DNA of 63,885 nucleotides, counting the filler, from Basidiobolus ranarum (lineage: Eukaryota): the NCBI GenBank assembly GCA_040143965.1. It is 31 parts of 31 records of this genome, joined end to end, with 100 filler letters (N's around TTAATTAATTAA, not from the genome) between each part and the next. Parts side by side here need not be neighbours in the genome. Positions count along the whole stretch, not along the records: positions 49,584 to 51,542 come from JASJQH010010892.1; positions 51,643 to 53,600 come from JASJQH010010893.1; positions 53,701 to 55,658 come from JASJQH010010894.1; positions 55,759 to 57,715 come from JASJQH010010895.1; positions 57,816 to 59,772 come from JASJQH010010896.1; positions 59,873 to 61,829 come from JASJQH010010897.1; positions 61,930 to 63,885 come from JASJQH010010898.1; 24 more parts are not named here. The stretch is one strand, 5' to 3'. The notes beneath the pieces were generated by a model. It saw only the letters and a program-made list of their open reading frames with translations. It was not told the origin of the DNA and made no database searches. Positions 49,584-62,831 of this stretch are shown here, one piece after another. Made by a program: the position numbers and the translations under genes. The stretch's first letter is position 1; every line of letters starts with the position of its first letter.

Positions 49584-50273
49584 GTACACATCAATGCCAT
49601 TGGGGCATGACTCAGACAGCGCTTGATCCAAGTCAACCTTCTTGTAGTTGAAGGCAGCATCGAACTTCAACTCTTTCAATAGGTACTCAACCTTGGAGTC
49701 ATCTCCGGCAGTACCCACAACTCGAAGTCCTTTGACCTTGGCGATCTGTCCGACCACCTGGCCTACAGCACCCGATGCAGCAGATATGAAGATGGTTTCA
49801 CCTTCCTTAGGCTCTCCAATCTTGAACAACCCTGAATAGGCTGTCATGCCAGGTGTACCGAGAACTCCAAGATAGTACGATAACGGAATAGGTGATTTGC
49901 GAGCATCTTCGATCTTGCGCAAATCTTTACCTCCAGGAATGATAGTGCAGTTCTCCCAACCGATCATACCAGTGACAATATCACCTTCCTTGTATTCGGA
50001 ATTCTTGGACTTGATCACTTCACTGACTCCTTCGGCTTGCATAACCTCACCTAAAGTGAAAGCAGGAATGTATGATTTGGTTCCGGCAGGACGCATTCTA
50101 CCACGCATATATGGGTCGACGGACATATACAAGTTGCGAAGGAGAACATCATTCTGATTGAGAATGACAGAGTTGGCATCGAATTCTTTGGTGACCAACT
50201 CAATGTGCTTTCCCAAGACAGGCATATCCTCGGGGATATGTTTGAAAATAATTTGGGTGTTATTGGAAGTCAT
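49584..50273 (-). CDS. MDR alkenal/enone reductase (PTGR1-like), intact 5' part
   Basis: YMSVDPYMRGRM...LGVLGTPGMTAYSGL...ISAASGAVGQVVGQIAK...NGIDVY. Confidence 0.93.
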
Positions 50274-50880
50274 GTTGATTTTAGTAAGATATGACTTTTA
50301 GTAAAGTAGGTTATTCACGTTTATATAGCCTGGAATTTACTATGATCATCTTCTAAATTATTAGTGGACGATTTATGGACAGCAGTTTCTAATTTTAGTA
50401 CTCGGTTGGTGAGATTTCATATAGTTGATTACTAAATATTTAAATTCTACAATTCATCCAATTTGATGGTTCATGGAAATCCAGTCACTAATTCAGCTGG
50501 ATATTTACAATGGTACTCTGGTATCTATTGGCGACATGCTTGAAATTTGGCCACTGAAGATTCGCGATTAAACTATAATTATTAATTGTAATGGCCTAAA
50601 CCCATAGTAACTGTAATAAGTGTTAGAGATAATAAATATGCATCACCTCAAGACTGTCAAAAGAACCAAAGTAACCCCAATACGACTTGAAACCGGTTAA
50701 ACTAACCATTATGCATATTTATATATGTGGTTACTTTATATCGTTGACATGTGTTTTTGATATCCTAACCCTTCTTCAATTTATGCTACCCAATTGAGCA
50801 TTAAATACGAATTTATGAAGTGATTTAATATGAACTATTTATTATATTTTAGATACAGAACATGGATTTCATTACTTGGC

Positions 50881-50987
50881 TTAGGGAGTTTCACAATTTG
50901 TTTATCAAAGTATTCACCTCGGAAGATACGGAAAAATACCTCAAGTACATTCTCAATGCTCTCCATTTTATCCCCTTTTTATACTAC
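50881..50987 (-). pseudogene. Relic of a reductase C-terminus
   Basis: VV*KGDKMESIENVLEVFFRIFRGEYFDKQIVKLP. Confidence 0.75.
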
Positions 50988-51088
50988 ATAAATCACTCCG
51001 CCATGTTTACGATCATTCATTTTTTATGATATTAACAATTATTCATGTTGGAATACAATGGATTTACATTTGGATTTCATAGCTTAAT

Positions 51089-51542
51089 TTAAAGATCAGC
51101 AATCTTCACACTTTGTTTACCAAAGTTCTCACCTCAAAAGATACGGATGAATACTTCGGGTGCGTTCTTGATGCCTTCCATTTCGTCTTCCTTGTACACC
51201 ATCTTGCCTTTTTTCAGCCAGCTAGGCACATCCTTAGCAAATTGTGTAGCGAATTCAGCAGCAAGTCCAGTAACAATGAATCCTTGGAATCGGATTCTCT
51301 TGCTCAACATCAAGGCAATGTTGTAAATTGGCTCAGGATCAGAAAAGCGGTTGTATTGTGAGATCATACCACATACGGGGATACGAGTAAAGTCATTGCA
51401 ATACTTGAACACTGTATCCAGCATCTTACCACCGACATTCTCAAAGTACACATCAATGCCATTGGGGCATGACTCGGACAGCGCTTGATCCAAGTCAACC
51501 TTCTTGTAGTTGAATGCGGCCTCGAACTTCAACTCTTTCAAT
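51089..51542 (-). pseudogene. MDR reductase 3' half with a premature TGA at 51134
   Basis: ...VFIRIF*GENFGKQSVKIADL*. Paralogues have CGA (Arg) at the stop position. Confidence 0.85.
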
Positions 51543-51642
51543 NNNNNNNNNNNNNNNNNNNNNNNNNNNNNNNNNNNNNNNNNNNNTTAATTAATTAANN
51601 NNNNNNNNNNNNNNNNNNNNNNNNNNNNNNNNNNNNNNNNNN

Positions 51643-53600
51643 ACTGAAAATTCAAGATGCAACTTGTGCTTGAAGGGAAACTAGTCTGGGAAGTAGTTCA
51701 ACCAGATCAAGAAGAAAGTACAGATTTTGGCACTGAAACAAAGAAGCTAACACATAAAGAAACAAGGGCAGACTTCAAAGAAAAAGACAGATTGGCATTT
51801 AGGGAAATATGTCTGAGACTGGGATCACAACAACTTATGAATGCATGGGAAATCCTGGTGGAACATCATGAGCAAAAAGGGCTTGCTCACTTGATGATGC
51901 TACAAAAAAATTCTTAAACTCTTGTATTTCTGAGTATTCAGATTTTATGTCATATGTAAATGGTGTTGAGACACTTGCCTAAGAACTGGAATCAGTGAAT
52001 TAGGAAGTACCTGAAATGGATAGAATTCTCACCATAATCAAGGGTCTCCCTGAATCATATTCAGCCCTTGTACTCACTTTGGAAGCAATTGGGATAAGCT
52101 GACTCAGCATTATCTGATCTCCTGGCTATTTGAAGAAGAATTTAAAAGGAAAGACAAAAGTCAGCTTGCAGTTGAAATAAAAACTACACAAGTGTTTTAT
52201 TTTCAAAATAGCCAACCAGAAAGGAGTACTGTGACATGTTCCAAATGTAGAAAACTGGGACACATAGCATGTTATTGCAGATCAAAGAAGAAATGGGTTT
52301 CAAGAAAAAGGAAGCATGTAACACCACTAAAAGAGGAAATGAACACTATGTACTTGAGGCAACCTCTAAATCAGGAAATGATACTGCTGACATATGGATT
52401 CTAGATTCTGGTGCAAGTGATCATATGTGTCACAATATAAACATAATGCATTACTATAATGAAATAGAACCTCTGGACATCATGGTAGCTTGAAGAAACA
52501 AACTGGTTGTATATGGAACGGGAAAGGTCACCCTTGACTTACAAATAAGTAAAACCAAAACTGTAATGGTAACCTTGGAAGATGTCTTATATATTCCATC
52601 TTTTACAACAAATCTGTTTTCAATTGGAGCAACTGAAAAGAAACATTATGATGTCAAATGCAGCCAAGGTAAAGCAACCATATACAAATCAAAGGACTTG
52701 ATAGTAGCAACTGGAACAAGAATTGGAAATCTATATCACCTGGATAGTGCACCAATAACTGAGACTGTTTCTAACTTTGCAACAATAAATTCAGGAAAAT
52801 TGATGACTTGGCATCAGCACTGGATCATCTAAACTATCATAGTGTGAAACTATTATATAAAAATAGCCTATGTACTGGAATGGATCTTAAGCCCTCAGAT
52901 ATTACTAAATGTGAAAGCTGAATTCAAGGGAAAATCACCAGAAACCCATTTCCAAAAGAAGGAGCTAGCAAAGCCAAACACTTATTGGATTTTATTCATA
53001 CAGACTTATGTGGCCCAATGCAAACTCTGACACCAAGTAAGTGACAATATTTACTCATCTTTATTAATGATAAATCTCACTTCACAGTTTCATATCTTCT
53101 GTCAAGCAAAGGAGTAGTGTTTCAATATTTCAAGATATATGAAGCAGTGTCACAACCATAACAGGAAGTAAAATCAAAAGCTATGCAGTGATAATGGAAC
53201 TGAATTTAGCAATGAAGCCATTACTAGCTTTTGTCAAGAAAAGGGAATTCAGTAGCAACTTCCTATTCCATATAGTGCAGAACATAATGGAGTTGCAGAA
53301 AGCATGAATAGGAATTTAGTAGAGAAAACATGTACAATGCTGATTGATTCAGATCTGCCTAAGACCTATTGGGGTGAAGCTATTTTAACAGCTACATATC
53401 TCCAAAATAGAAGTCAAACATGTAGCAACCATGACTCTAAAACTCCTATTGAAATCTGGACTGGAAACAAGTCTAATCACAATCATCTCAGAATTTTTGG
53501 ATCAACAGTATATGCTCATATTCCTTAACCTCAGCATAGGAAATTGGACAAAAAGGTTATTAAATGTATCCTATTAGGATACGAGAACAAAGGCTACTGT
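51643..53600 (+). mobile_element. Ty1/Copia gag-protease-integrase, degenerate
   Basis: CSKCRKLGHIACYC; WILDSGASDHMC; IHTDLCGPM; DNGTEF; NGVAESMNRNLVEK; YWGEAILTATYLQNR. Confidence 0.95.
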
Positions 53601-53700
53601 NNNNNNNNNNNNNNNNNNNNNNNNNNNNNNNNNNNNNNNNNNNNTTAATTAATTAANNNNNNNNNNNNNNNNNNNNNNNNNNNNNNNNNNNNNNNNNNNN

Positions 53701-55495
53701 CCAAATTTGGCCTAATTCCAGTATCTATTTCCAATGCATCATTTTCCAAGTTGGTTTCAGTACTTGTGGGCTCAAGATTGTTTTCAAAACTCATCAAGTC
53801 AGAATATGAGTTATTGAGAAATTGATTTTCAGCCAAAATCAAATTCCCTTGATTAGATAATTTGAGATTTTCTTCAATGAATATAGGATCTCTGGAGTTG
53901 ATGATTTGATTTGTGCCAGATATTAGGAGACAACAGCCTTGGTTCTGATATCCTAATAGGATACATTTAATTGCCATTTTGTCCCATTTCCTATGCTGAG
54001 ATTTAGGAATATGAGCATATATTATTGATTCAAAAATTCTGAGATGATTCATATTGGGCTTGTTTCCAGTCCAGATTTCAATAGGAGTTTTAGAGCTATA
54101 GTTGCTATGTATTGGACTTCTATTTTGGAGATATCTAGCTGTTAAAATAGCTTGACCCCAATAGGGCTTCCCTAACTAAAAAAATTTAAACTTGCATATT
54201 ATACCATTTTCTGACTGTTTTATAATGGTATTATGCAGGTATTGCAACAATATTCTTATGTTTTCTTGACCAGTCTTTTTCCACATTTTCTCATGGTATT
54301 CCTACCCCTATATTTGTGTTTTCTCTGGTTTTCCTCTGGTATTCATTCCCATAATTTTCACAGGGTCTTAGGCAGAGCTGAAACACTCAGCATTCTATGA
54401 GCTTTCTCTACTAAAGTCCTATTCATCCTTTCTGCAACTCCATTGTGTTCTGCACTCTATGGAATAGTAAGTTGCTGCTGAATTCCCTTTTCTTGACAAA
54501 AGCTAGCCATTGCTTAATTGCTAAATTCAGTTCCATAATGGCTGTGTAGATATTTGATACTTCTTCCTGTTATGGTTGTGAACATTGTTTCATATATCTT
54601 GAAATATTGATACACTTCTCCTTTGCTGGACAGAAGATATGAAACTGTGAAGTCAGATTTATCATCAATAAATATGAGTAAATATCATTGCTTGCTTGAT
54701 GGCTGAGTTTGCATTGGGCCACATAAGTCTCTATGAATAAGATTCAATAAATCTTTGGCTTTGCTAGCTCCTTCTTTTGGAAAAGGTTTTCTGTTGATTT
54801 TCCCTTGAATACAGCTTTCACATTTAGTACTATCTAATGGCTGAAGATCCAATCCAGTACATAGGCTATTTTTATATAATAATTTCACACTGTTATAGTT
54901 TAGATGACCCAAGCACTGATGCCAAGTCATTAAGTTTCCAGATGTAATTGTTGCAAAGTTAGAAACAGTCTAAGTTATTGATGCAATATCCAGGTGATAT
55001 AGATTCCCAATTCTTATTCCAGTTGCTACTATCAAGGCCTTTGATTTGTATATGGTTGTTTTACTTAGCTGAGTTTGACATCAAAATGTTTCTTTTCAAG
55101 TGCTCCAATTGAAAACAGATTTGTCATAAATGATGCAATATACAGGACCAAGGTTACCATTACACTTTTGGTTTTACTTTTTTGTAAGTTGAGTGTGACC
55201 TTTTGCATTCCATGTGCAACCAGTTTGTTTCTTCCCACTACCATGATGTCCAGAGTTTCTATTTCCTTATATTCTTGCATTATGTTTCAATTGTGACACA
55301 AATGATCACTTGCACCAGAATCTAGAATCCATACTTCAGTAGAGTCATTTCCTGATTTAGAGGTTGGCATAAGTACATAGTGTTCATTTCCTCTTTTAGT
55401 GGTGTTATATGCTTCCTTTTTCCTTGAAACCCATTTCTTTTGTGATGTGCATTAATATGCTATATGTCCCAGTTTTCCACATTTGTAACATTTCA
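53701..55495 (-). mobile_element. Ty1/Copia protease-integrase (same family as 51643-53600)
   Basis: WHQCLGHLN...CESCIQGK...IHRDLCGPM; HLRIFESIIYAHIPK. Confidence 0.94.
54170..54365. mobile_element. 196-bp non-autonomous CCC...GGG element with a 4-bp target duplication
   Basis: CCCTAACTAAAAAAATTT...ATAATTTTCACAGGG, flanked by GCTT/TCTT. The empty site AATAGG-TCTT-AGGCAG is visible, reversed, at about 53355-53372. Confidence 0.75.
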
Positions 55496-55658
55496 CCCTA
55501 ACAGAAATTTAGGGATTGTTATTGTAGGAAAACTGTCACAACTTCAATCCATTTGGCATTGACCATTTACTTACCATCATAAAATTGTCAAGTTTGATTT
55601 GATTTTAATCAATTTTTTCAGTTTCAGGGGTAAAATTTCAAGATCTTGCAAGATAGTT
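55496..55658 (+). mobile_element. CACTA left end (CCCTAACAGAAATTT) inserted in Copia gag
   Basis: Reverse complement of 7360-7514 and 31028-31195. Confidence 0.85.
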
Positions 55659-55758
55659 NNNNNNNNNNNNNNNNNNNNNNNNNNNNNNNNNNNNNNNNNN
55701 NNTTAATTAATTAANNNNNNNNNNNNNNNNNNNNNNNNNNNNNNNNNNNNNNNNNNNN

Positions 55759-55947
55759 GTGGTACTTACAAAGATTGCTTTCAGAGGTGCCTACAATATT
55801 GTAAGAATCAAACCAGGAGACCAATGGAAAACTACCTTCCTAACTTGCTATAGACACTTTGAATACAATGTCATGCCATTTGGACTTACCAATGCCCCAG
55901 CAGTCTTTCAAAACATGATGAATGATATCTTCAGAGATTATTTTGTC
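55759..55947 (+). mobile_element. Ty3/Gypsy RT fragment
   Basis: [50 protein letters not shown]. Confidence 0.93.
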
Positions 55948-56137
55948 CCCTGACAAAAATAAATTTGATTTAATCCGGATTGGATCCATCCTTCTGGATT
56001 GCAAAGCCATCAGAGAACTATCACAATAGGTGGCTTGCAATCTGCCCAGGATCTTAATGGTGAGATGGTGGCTTCATGATGGTTTTTTGATAGTATTCTT
56101 ACAAGTTAAAATCTTGATCCTCACATTTAGCATGCAT
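55948..56137 (-). mobile_element. CACTA right end, diverged
   Basis: CCCTGACAAAAATAAATTTGATTTAATCCGGATTGGATCC. Confidence 0.85.
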
Positions 56138-56142
56138 TGAGG

Positions 56143-56296
56143 TGTTGGAAATATTCCAATAATATCTTGCACATAATAAGTAGGAAGAATATTTTCTATT
56201 GTTATCTTATAAATTTCTACAGGCCAAGAATAAGAACAAGAATACTCAATCACTCATAGTTGTATCAATACTTAGCTGGCCACAATATTTCTAACA
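56143..56296. repeat. Short LTR-like unit (family C)
   Basis: Inverted termini TGTTGGAAATATT...AATATTTCTAACA. Confidence 0.55.
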
Positions 56297-57195
56297 GAAT
56301 TCAGAAACCCCGGAATTAGAGCTTTGCAACAATGTAAGAATCGTAAAATTTGATCAATTATTGGTGGAGCTACAACCATTTCAAAATTGTCAACATAAAA
56401 GTCCACACTACAATCTATTCAGAACTCAGGAATTCAGGACCTCATGATTTTCACAAAATTAGTGCTACATTTTGTACCAGCCAATGGAAGCTCTTCATCT
56501 TTTGTACAGAGTTGTCACAGTACTTGATGCTGAGGCAATCAGAGTTTCAAAGTGACAGCTGCTATATTAGTGATCTTATTGGCACTTTGATGCTAAGCCA
56601 CTCAGCCATTGCATTTATATTCAGCCATCAAAACATAGCATTTGTTCTAGGCTATTTCTTTATAAAAGCAACCCTTCCCCCTAGTGAAAAATCTACTAGC
56701 CTTAGCACCATCTAAAATTGCACCATACTTTTTATCCTTTCTTTAACTAGGTATTCTACCCTGTATCATAGTAAGATAATAAAGATTCCTACTGCAACTC
56801 AACTAGGTTTGACTATTGAAGGTTGCAGTTCAGATTATTTCATAGTTGTCTTCACTTTTACAGCCATAGAAAATATCTAACTCTTAATCAAAGTCTTTGC
56901 CAATCTTAAAGAATTATATCTTTTTCTTCAGGCTTCAAGTTAGAGAAACCACCAGAGTTTAATCTACCCTTGTAGTATTGAACGTTCTTGATAATTCTAT
57001 TATCAGAAAAAATATTTTCTCAGAAAGTCTTCAAGCAATTGACATATCATGGTGTGTCTTTACCTTTAAAGATAGAGTGAAGAATACATCTCCCATCAAT
57101 AGTTTTAAGCTTGAAGTATAAAAAATTTGGCTTTGCAGGATATTTATAGTGGAATTAAGCTTTAGTACTGAATATTTAAGCTAACACCCCTATAC

Positions 57196-57715
57196 TGTTA
57201 AAGTATTTGAGAGCCTGTTGGAAGTGGTTTAGTGAATTAGAGGAATTTGTAGTTTTTCACTTGCTGATTTATTGAGTAGAAAGTTGACATTTATAGTTTT
57301 GTCAGGATGTAAACAAACTAACATGTAGAATATGTTAAGGAAGGTCCCAGGAACATGTGTGCAAAGTTTGGGGCTTCTAGCACAAGTTTGAAAAATCTAT
57401 ATATCTGAAAACTGTTGAAGTTAATTGTCTTTATCATATTTGTTATCTCTATCTTTATACACCTAACTATTTCATATATCACATATAAGTTACTTAACAT
57501 TACTTAGTCAAATATCACTTAGCTGAAAATCAGAACACATATAATATATATATATATGAATAATGTGAGAATTAGCAATTCCATATTGGAAATTTCAAAC
57601 TCAACCAAATTGCCCCAAAGATAGCTCATTTTACTCCCACAGATGTTCTGAACACAACCCCAGTGTTAGTTTTTTGTATTTCCACCAAAAAGTATAAATG
57701 CTTTATTTCTGGACA
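57196..57715. repeat. LTR-A (57196-57412) with LTR-B inserted at 57413
   Basis: Direct similarity to 62841-63060 and 12048-12327. Confidence 0.85.
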
Positions 57716-57815
57716 NNNNNNNNNNNNNNNNNNNNNNNNNNNNNNNNNNNNNNNNNNNNTTAATTAATTAANNNNNNNNNNNNNNNNNNNNNNNNNNNNN
57801 NNNNNNNNNNNNNNN

Positions 57816-59117
57816 CATTGTTAATCAGATTAGCATATGGTAAAACTGATAACTTCACACACAGCATTGTTTCACTACATATGCACTCCATTGGGAACTC
57901 CCAGAATTTATAACAAGGGCCTAAAATCTCTAAGCATTATGAAAGATGCAGCAGGGAATATATTGAATACTGGCATGGATTCAGTCTATCTTCTTTAAAC
58001 CTGTAATAAAGTTTTTCATATCCAACTATAAAATCTTTGCACAGTCACCGCATCTGCCTGAGGTCTGCCAATGTGAGTAGATGCCACAAGAATATATCAA
58101 CAATATCCACAAACAACTTCCAATGTTGCCAATACTTATCAGGCAGGAATCTCTTCAAGATTCCACTTAAATATATACAAATCCAATACTTCCAGTCTTT
58201 GCATTGGAATAAACATCTAGATACGTGGATATTGATCGGAGTCCTGCTAAAATATGATGGTATCTTGACAATTTCAAGAATTTTCCCTATTAATTCAAAC
58301 TTTGATCCTTTCTCAAATGGCTCATTTACGGTGACTTTTCCACTATATAACAGAGTAAGTAGTATTGGAATGTTGTTGAATAATATGTGCATAGTGTCTA
58401 ATGGGGAACTCTGGCTCCAGCTGATCCCCTTCAGCACCATAATCTTAGATTTATGGCTAATATCAAGTTTGAAGTTGGACTAACTATTTGGTGAATTGAT
58501 ATCAGTGATCATGTTGAAATCTGACCAGGCTGTTGACAGTATAATCATGGAGTTTAGTGTTGTATTTGGACAGTAGTAATGCATATGCCTGATAGAGTAA
58601 ACTCCATTGATTTGGCACAATCTACATCAAGACAGTGCATTGTGCCTGCAAAAGTTCCAAGTTCAATGATGGCAGGAGTATCACCCATACATACAATGAT
58701 ATAAGCTTTAATAAAATATTCACCCATTGGAACCCCATTAGATAACCATTCAAATTCCGCTATCACATGCTCCCAGAAGCTATCTATAAGCACTGGTGAT
58801 TAAGTTCCAGATACAATGTATAGTATCAAAATATTATGACTCTTATACCATTCAGAAGGAGGAAGATGTAGGTTGATTACAATTATTGGCCAGCAAGCCT
58901 TTCCATTGGTAAATTTGTTTAGTGAGAAACTATCCCAAGCAATGCAAATGCATGATCATATGTGTTCTCAAAGAAACCTTGACCTTTCAAAAACTGGTAG
59001 TGATATCCATCAAGTATATCAGTAATACCATCAGCTTTATGGTAAGTACTTTGATATTGGATCAATGATCTATATTTGTGTGACTTTATCAAACCTTTAA
59101 TATGGTAAATCAACAGT
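57816..59117 (-). mobile_element. CACTA Tnp2 transposase core, degenerate
   Basis: ITDILDGYHYQFLKGQGFFENTYDHAFAL; MGDTPAI; PLDTMHILFNN; WKYWICIY. Confidence 0.92.
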
Positions 59118-59772
59118 ACCTAACAAAAATAAAATCAGTTTAATCTGGATTGGATCCACCCTCCAAAAGAGCAAAACCATCAAGGAACCATCACAATATT
59201 GGTTGCTTGCATTCTCCCAGGGATTTTGATGGTGTGAGGATGGTTTCTTGATGGTATTTTGACTGTATTCATACCTGTTAAGATATTGATCCTCAAATTT
59301 GGCATGTGTTATTCAATATCTGGCAATTTTAGCAAAAATATAATTCCTGGGTTTACTGCTGTAGGAGTTTAAATTAATATGCATGTCTTTATTTATATAT
59401 TTTAGGCATTATATTCCAGCCAAAATGCAAATCAAAAAATACAAGAATCTTGTTGTGTTTAGTCTCTACATGTGCACATACTTGACTGATTAGACATAAC
59501 TCAACAACATCAATATGCTTTACTGGCAAGCTGTTAGTAAAAAAATTGCTAAACATCTGAAATTTTGAATAAAACTGACACTTGGCAAATTACTCACTCT
59601 TGTAACTGTTTACAATGAGAATAAGCCCTTGGATTTTGGCAAATTTCCATAAAGTATTCAGCCAATATATCCCCAACTTGCAGTCAACACATGTCCTGCC
59701 ACAACTAAAAGTGTCATTGCCGGAAAAGTTTGCCCCATGGCTAAAACAAGAATACCACATATCTTGATCTAT
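59118..59772 (-). mobile_element. CACTA right end nested in another copy's transposase
   Basis: ACCTAACAAAAATAAAATC terminus followed by the conserved subterminal region. Confidence 0.87.
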
Positions 59773-59872
59773 NNNNNNNNNNNNNNNNNNNNNNNNNNNN
59801 NNNNNNNNNNNNNNNNTTAATTAATTAANNNNNNNNNNNNNNNNNNNNNNNNNNNNNNNNNNNNNNNNNNNN

Positions 59873-61829
59873 GCTCACAGGCTCCTTTGCTTTTCCCTTG
59901 GGTTTACAAACTTCCTGCTCCTAGTGTACTTCATTAGCTGCTTTTCTTTCTTTTCCAAGTCAATAATTTCATATATTTTTGAGAAGTTTCATGAAAAGGC
60001 CTGTACTAGCCCAATTGCCATTTGCTTGCAAAAACCCAAGATAAGCAACATGAAACAAGTAAAGAACCTTCAGAGTAATGCCAAGTTTTTGGTTTTTCAA
60101 CAACTTGCTCAAATACGGGTGATTTTGGGCAAAATTCTACACAGTTTCAAATGTTAAATCACTCATCAGCAGAGCAAGTGATGGCAGTTCTGACATTGAG
60201 AGTCTTTTGATTTGCTGGTTTTCCTATGAGATTTCTACTTTCATGTGCCGGTTGTTGTGTAGGCTTAATTGTCCAACACATATTCTGCTCTGCTAGATTG
60301 TCAAGGTGACATTCACAGGTATGGTGTGGGATTGATTGAAATCCCATATGAGAATGGTTGGTGAGAGCAGCATGTTGCTGTAGCTCAATTACAGCATTCT
60401 GAATATCTTGTATCATTGTTGATTGACTCTGGGACTGTTGTCTATTTGCCTCTGAAAGCGGCATTTATTGTGATATTGTGGTATTATCACTTATCATGGC
60501 CTATGTAGCAACTTTCTAGTTTTTACTTGTGATCACATACAACTCAATAAAGTGTTCTGCCTGCAATTCCCTTGTTGTAATATATTCTGTCTAAATTTTC
60601 TGTGGAGGATTTTCAACAGTGGGCAAAGTAGCCATTATGGAAGTTGATGGTCTTAACAGTGCTTTGATTGAACTTTGCCCAACTATTGTTTTACTATGTA
60701 ACTGAGAAATTAGAATCTCTTCACTTGCACTATTGCTGGAAAGAACACATCTAGTAAATTAATTAATGCTTCATCATTTCTTGGGTTGGTTTTGGCATGT
60801 TAATGCCTTCCAAAGTGGAAGCTGATTTCTAGACTGCTCATCAATTAAGTCCTCTGTTCTTGCTAGTTTTTTTCCTTTTGTGCCAGTAGGCTTTGGCTTG
60901 GAAGACAATTTGATCTGGATTTTGAGTGCTTTTTGAATGGTGTTAAAATTTTCAGATGGTAAACTTGGTGTGATGAAATTGCTTAGAAACAGCTTATAAT
61001 CAACCAAAATTGCCAGCCATTATGGGAAATATCTTATATATTCCCTGATCACTCATCTATGATGCCATCTCAGAATCAGCTGTTGATAATGATGGGCTAT
61101 ACTTAAAATACCTCCCTTATATAGGAGGTGTGCTTGGTGTATAACAATAGTAATAAGAGCACTAAATTGACTTTAGTTTTGCCCATTGAGTACACTGACT
61201 GTACTTTGCCTCAAAGTTATGGTAATACTGCCTAAAGTGGAGACACTGTGGAGTTACCACAGTTATATGACCAGATGATGTAGGTAGAAATGCAACTTTG
61301 ATCAAACCAGGAAGTCCAGACAACTTTGAGGACATGCTGCTACTTATTGACCTTGGTTATTCCAGTACTAATTGTGGTGTATCAGAAGTTTAAGAAGAAG
61401 ATGATGGCTTTGTTATTGAATCTTTGCTAATGGTAAGCATTAAGTAACTCATAACACTTACAGTAAAGGAAGCAGCTTGGATTTTTGAGGAGTGGAGAGT
61501 TCAATCCAATCTTAGTAACCAGGTGTTTATTGGTTTTCTTACACTTTTACCACAGTTGACAGGCAACTGTTTCTTGCCACAGACCTGGTACAAGTAGAAA
61601 ACACTTGTCAATTCTATAACTGATAATCCTTCAGTAATTAAGCTATCTTCATGTCTAAATGGTTGCTTAGCTTTACTGGTGATCTGAAAACCTGAAGTCA
61701 TGTACTGTTTGCACACAATTGGCAATCACTGAATTAGGTAAATATTGTTTATATTAGGCTTACATACCATTAATTCCCCTTCTTAAAGGCTTAATGAAAT
61801 CACCCAAATATAGATCATTGATCCAATAC
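59873..61829. mobile_element. CACTA central region, second copy: ORF-X (minus, to about 60943) and transposase N-terminus (plus, about 61140-61829)
   Basis: Plus strand, allowing frameshifts: SCLNGCLAF.G...KSCTVCTQL...LAYIPLIPLLKGLMKSPKYRSLIQY, which overlaps the start of contig 43404. Confidence 0.85.
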
Positions 61830-61929
61830 NNNNNNNNNNNNNNNNNNNNNNNNNNNNNNNNNNNNNNNNNNNNTTAATTAATTAANNNNNNNNNNNNNNN
61901 NNNNNNNNNNNNNNNNNNNNNNNNNNNNN

Positions 61930-62831
61930 TTGGTGAACTGATCTACTATCTTCAAATCCAAAATAAGATAAATAGAACTACCAAAGCAGTAACATGAAAC
62001 CAGTTTAAGTATATTCTACATATACTAGAGAAGTTTAAAATAGAAAGATGTAATCAACTATCTATCCCAATAGAGAAAAATCTTAACTTGACCAGAAATG
62101 GCTCAAATCAGACATTCTTGGATTTAAATGAAAGCCAGAAATATCCTTATCAATCTATGGTTGATAGTTTGATGTATATCATGATTGGAAAATGGCCAGA
62201 TATTAGATATTCTGTTGGAGTTGTATGCCTATTTCTTCCAAATTATAGGTCTAAACAAAGCATAGCAATTAAGTGGTTTTGAGATATTTGAAAGGAATTA
62301 TTGGTCTGTGCTTAAGATACACATATTCTCAAGCAAATTTCAATCTGATGGGATATTTAGATGTAAATTGGGGAAGAGATATAAAAGACAGGAGATCTAT
62401 AACAGGGTATTTGTTTCTATGCTTTAATGGAACTTTTACTTGAAATTCAAAGAAACAGCCTGCTGTATCACTTTCAGCAATAGAAGCTGAATGCATGGCT
62501 GCTGGTGAAGAAACAAAAAAAAATAATATGGTTATGAAAGCTTCTAACAGATATAAGCTATTCTCAAAACTTATCACAACTATATTTCAAGATATTCAAA
62601 GCTATATTGAATTAGCTAGAAATCTTATGTTTCATGCTAGAAGCAAATATATATGTATATTAGGCTTCATTTTCTTAGAGAGATTATAGAGAATAAGTTT
62701 AATGACCTTACTTATTGTTCTAAAGAAAAGATGATTGCTGATATATTAACCAAACCATTAGCTAGGCAGAGATTTGAGAAATTTAAACCTTCCTTGGGAT
62801 TAGTTCATATGACTGTTTAGTTGAGGGAGAG
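61930..62831 (+). mobile_element. Ty1/Copia RT-RNase H end with polypurine tract TTGAGGGAGAG
   Basis: YPYQSMVDSLMY; SKKQPAVSLSAIEAE; FHARSKYI; MIADILTKPL. Confidence 0.93.
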
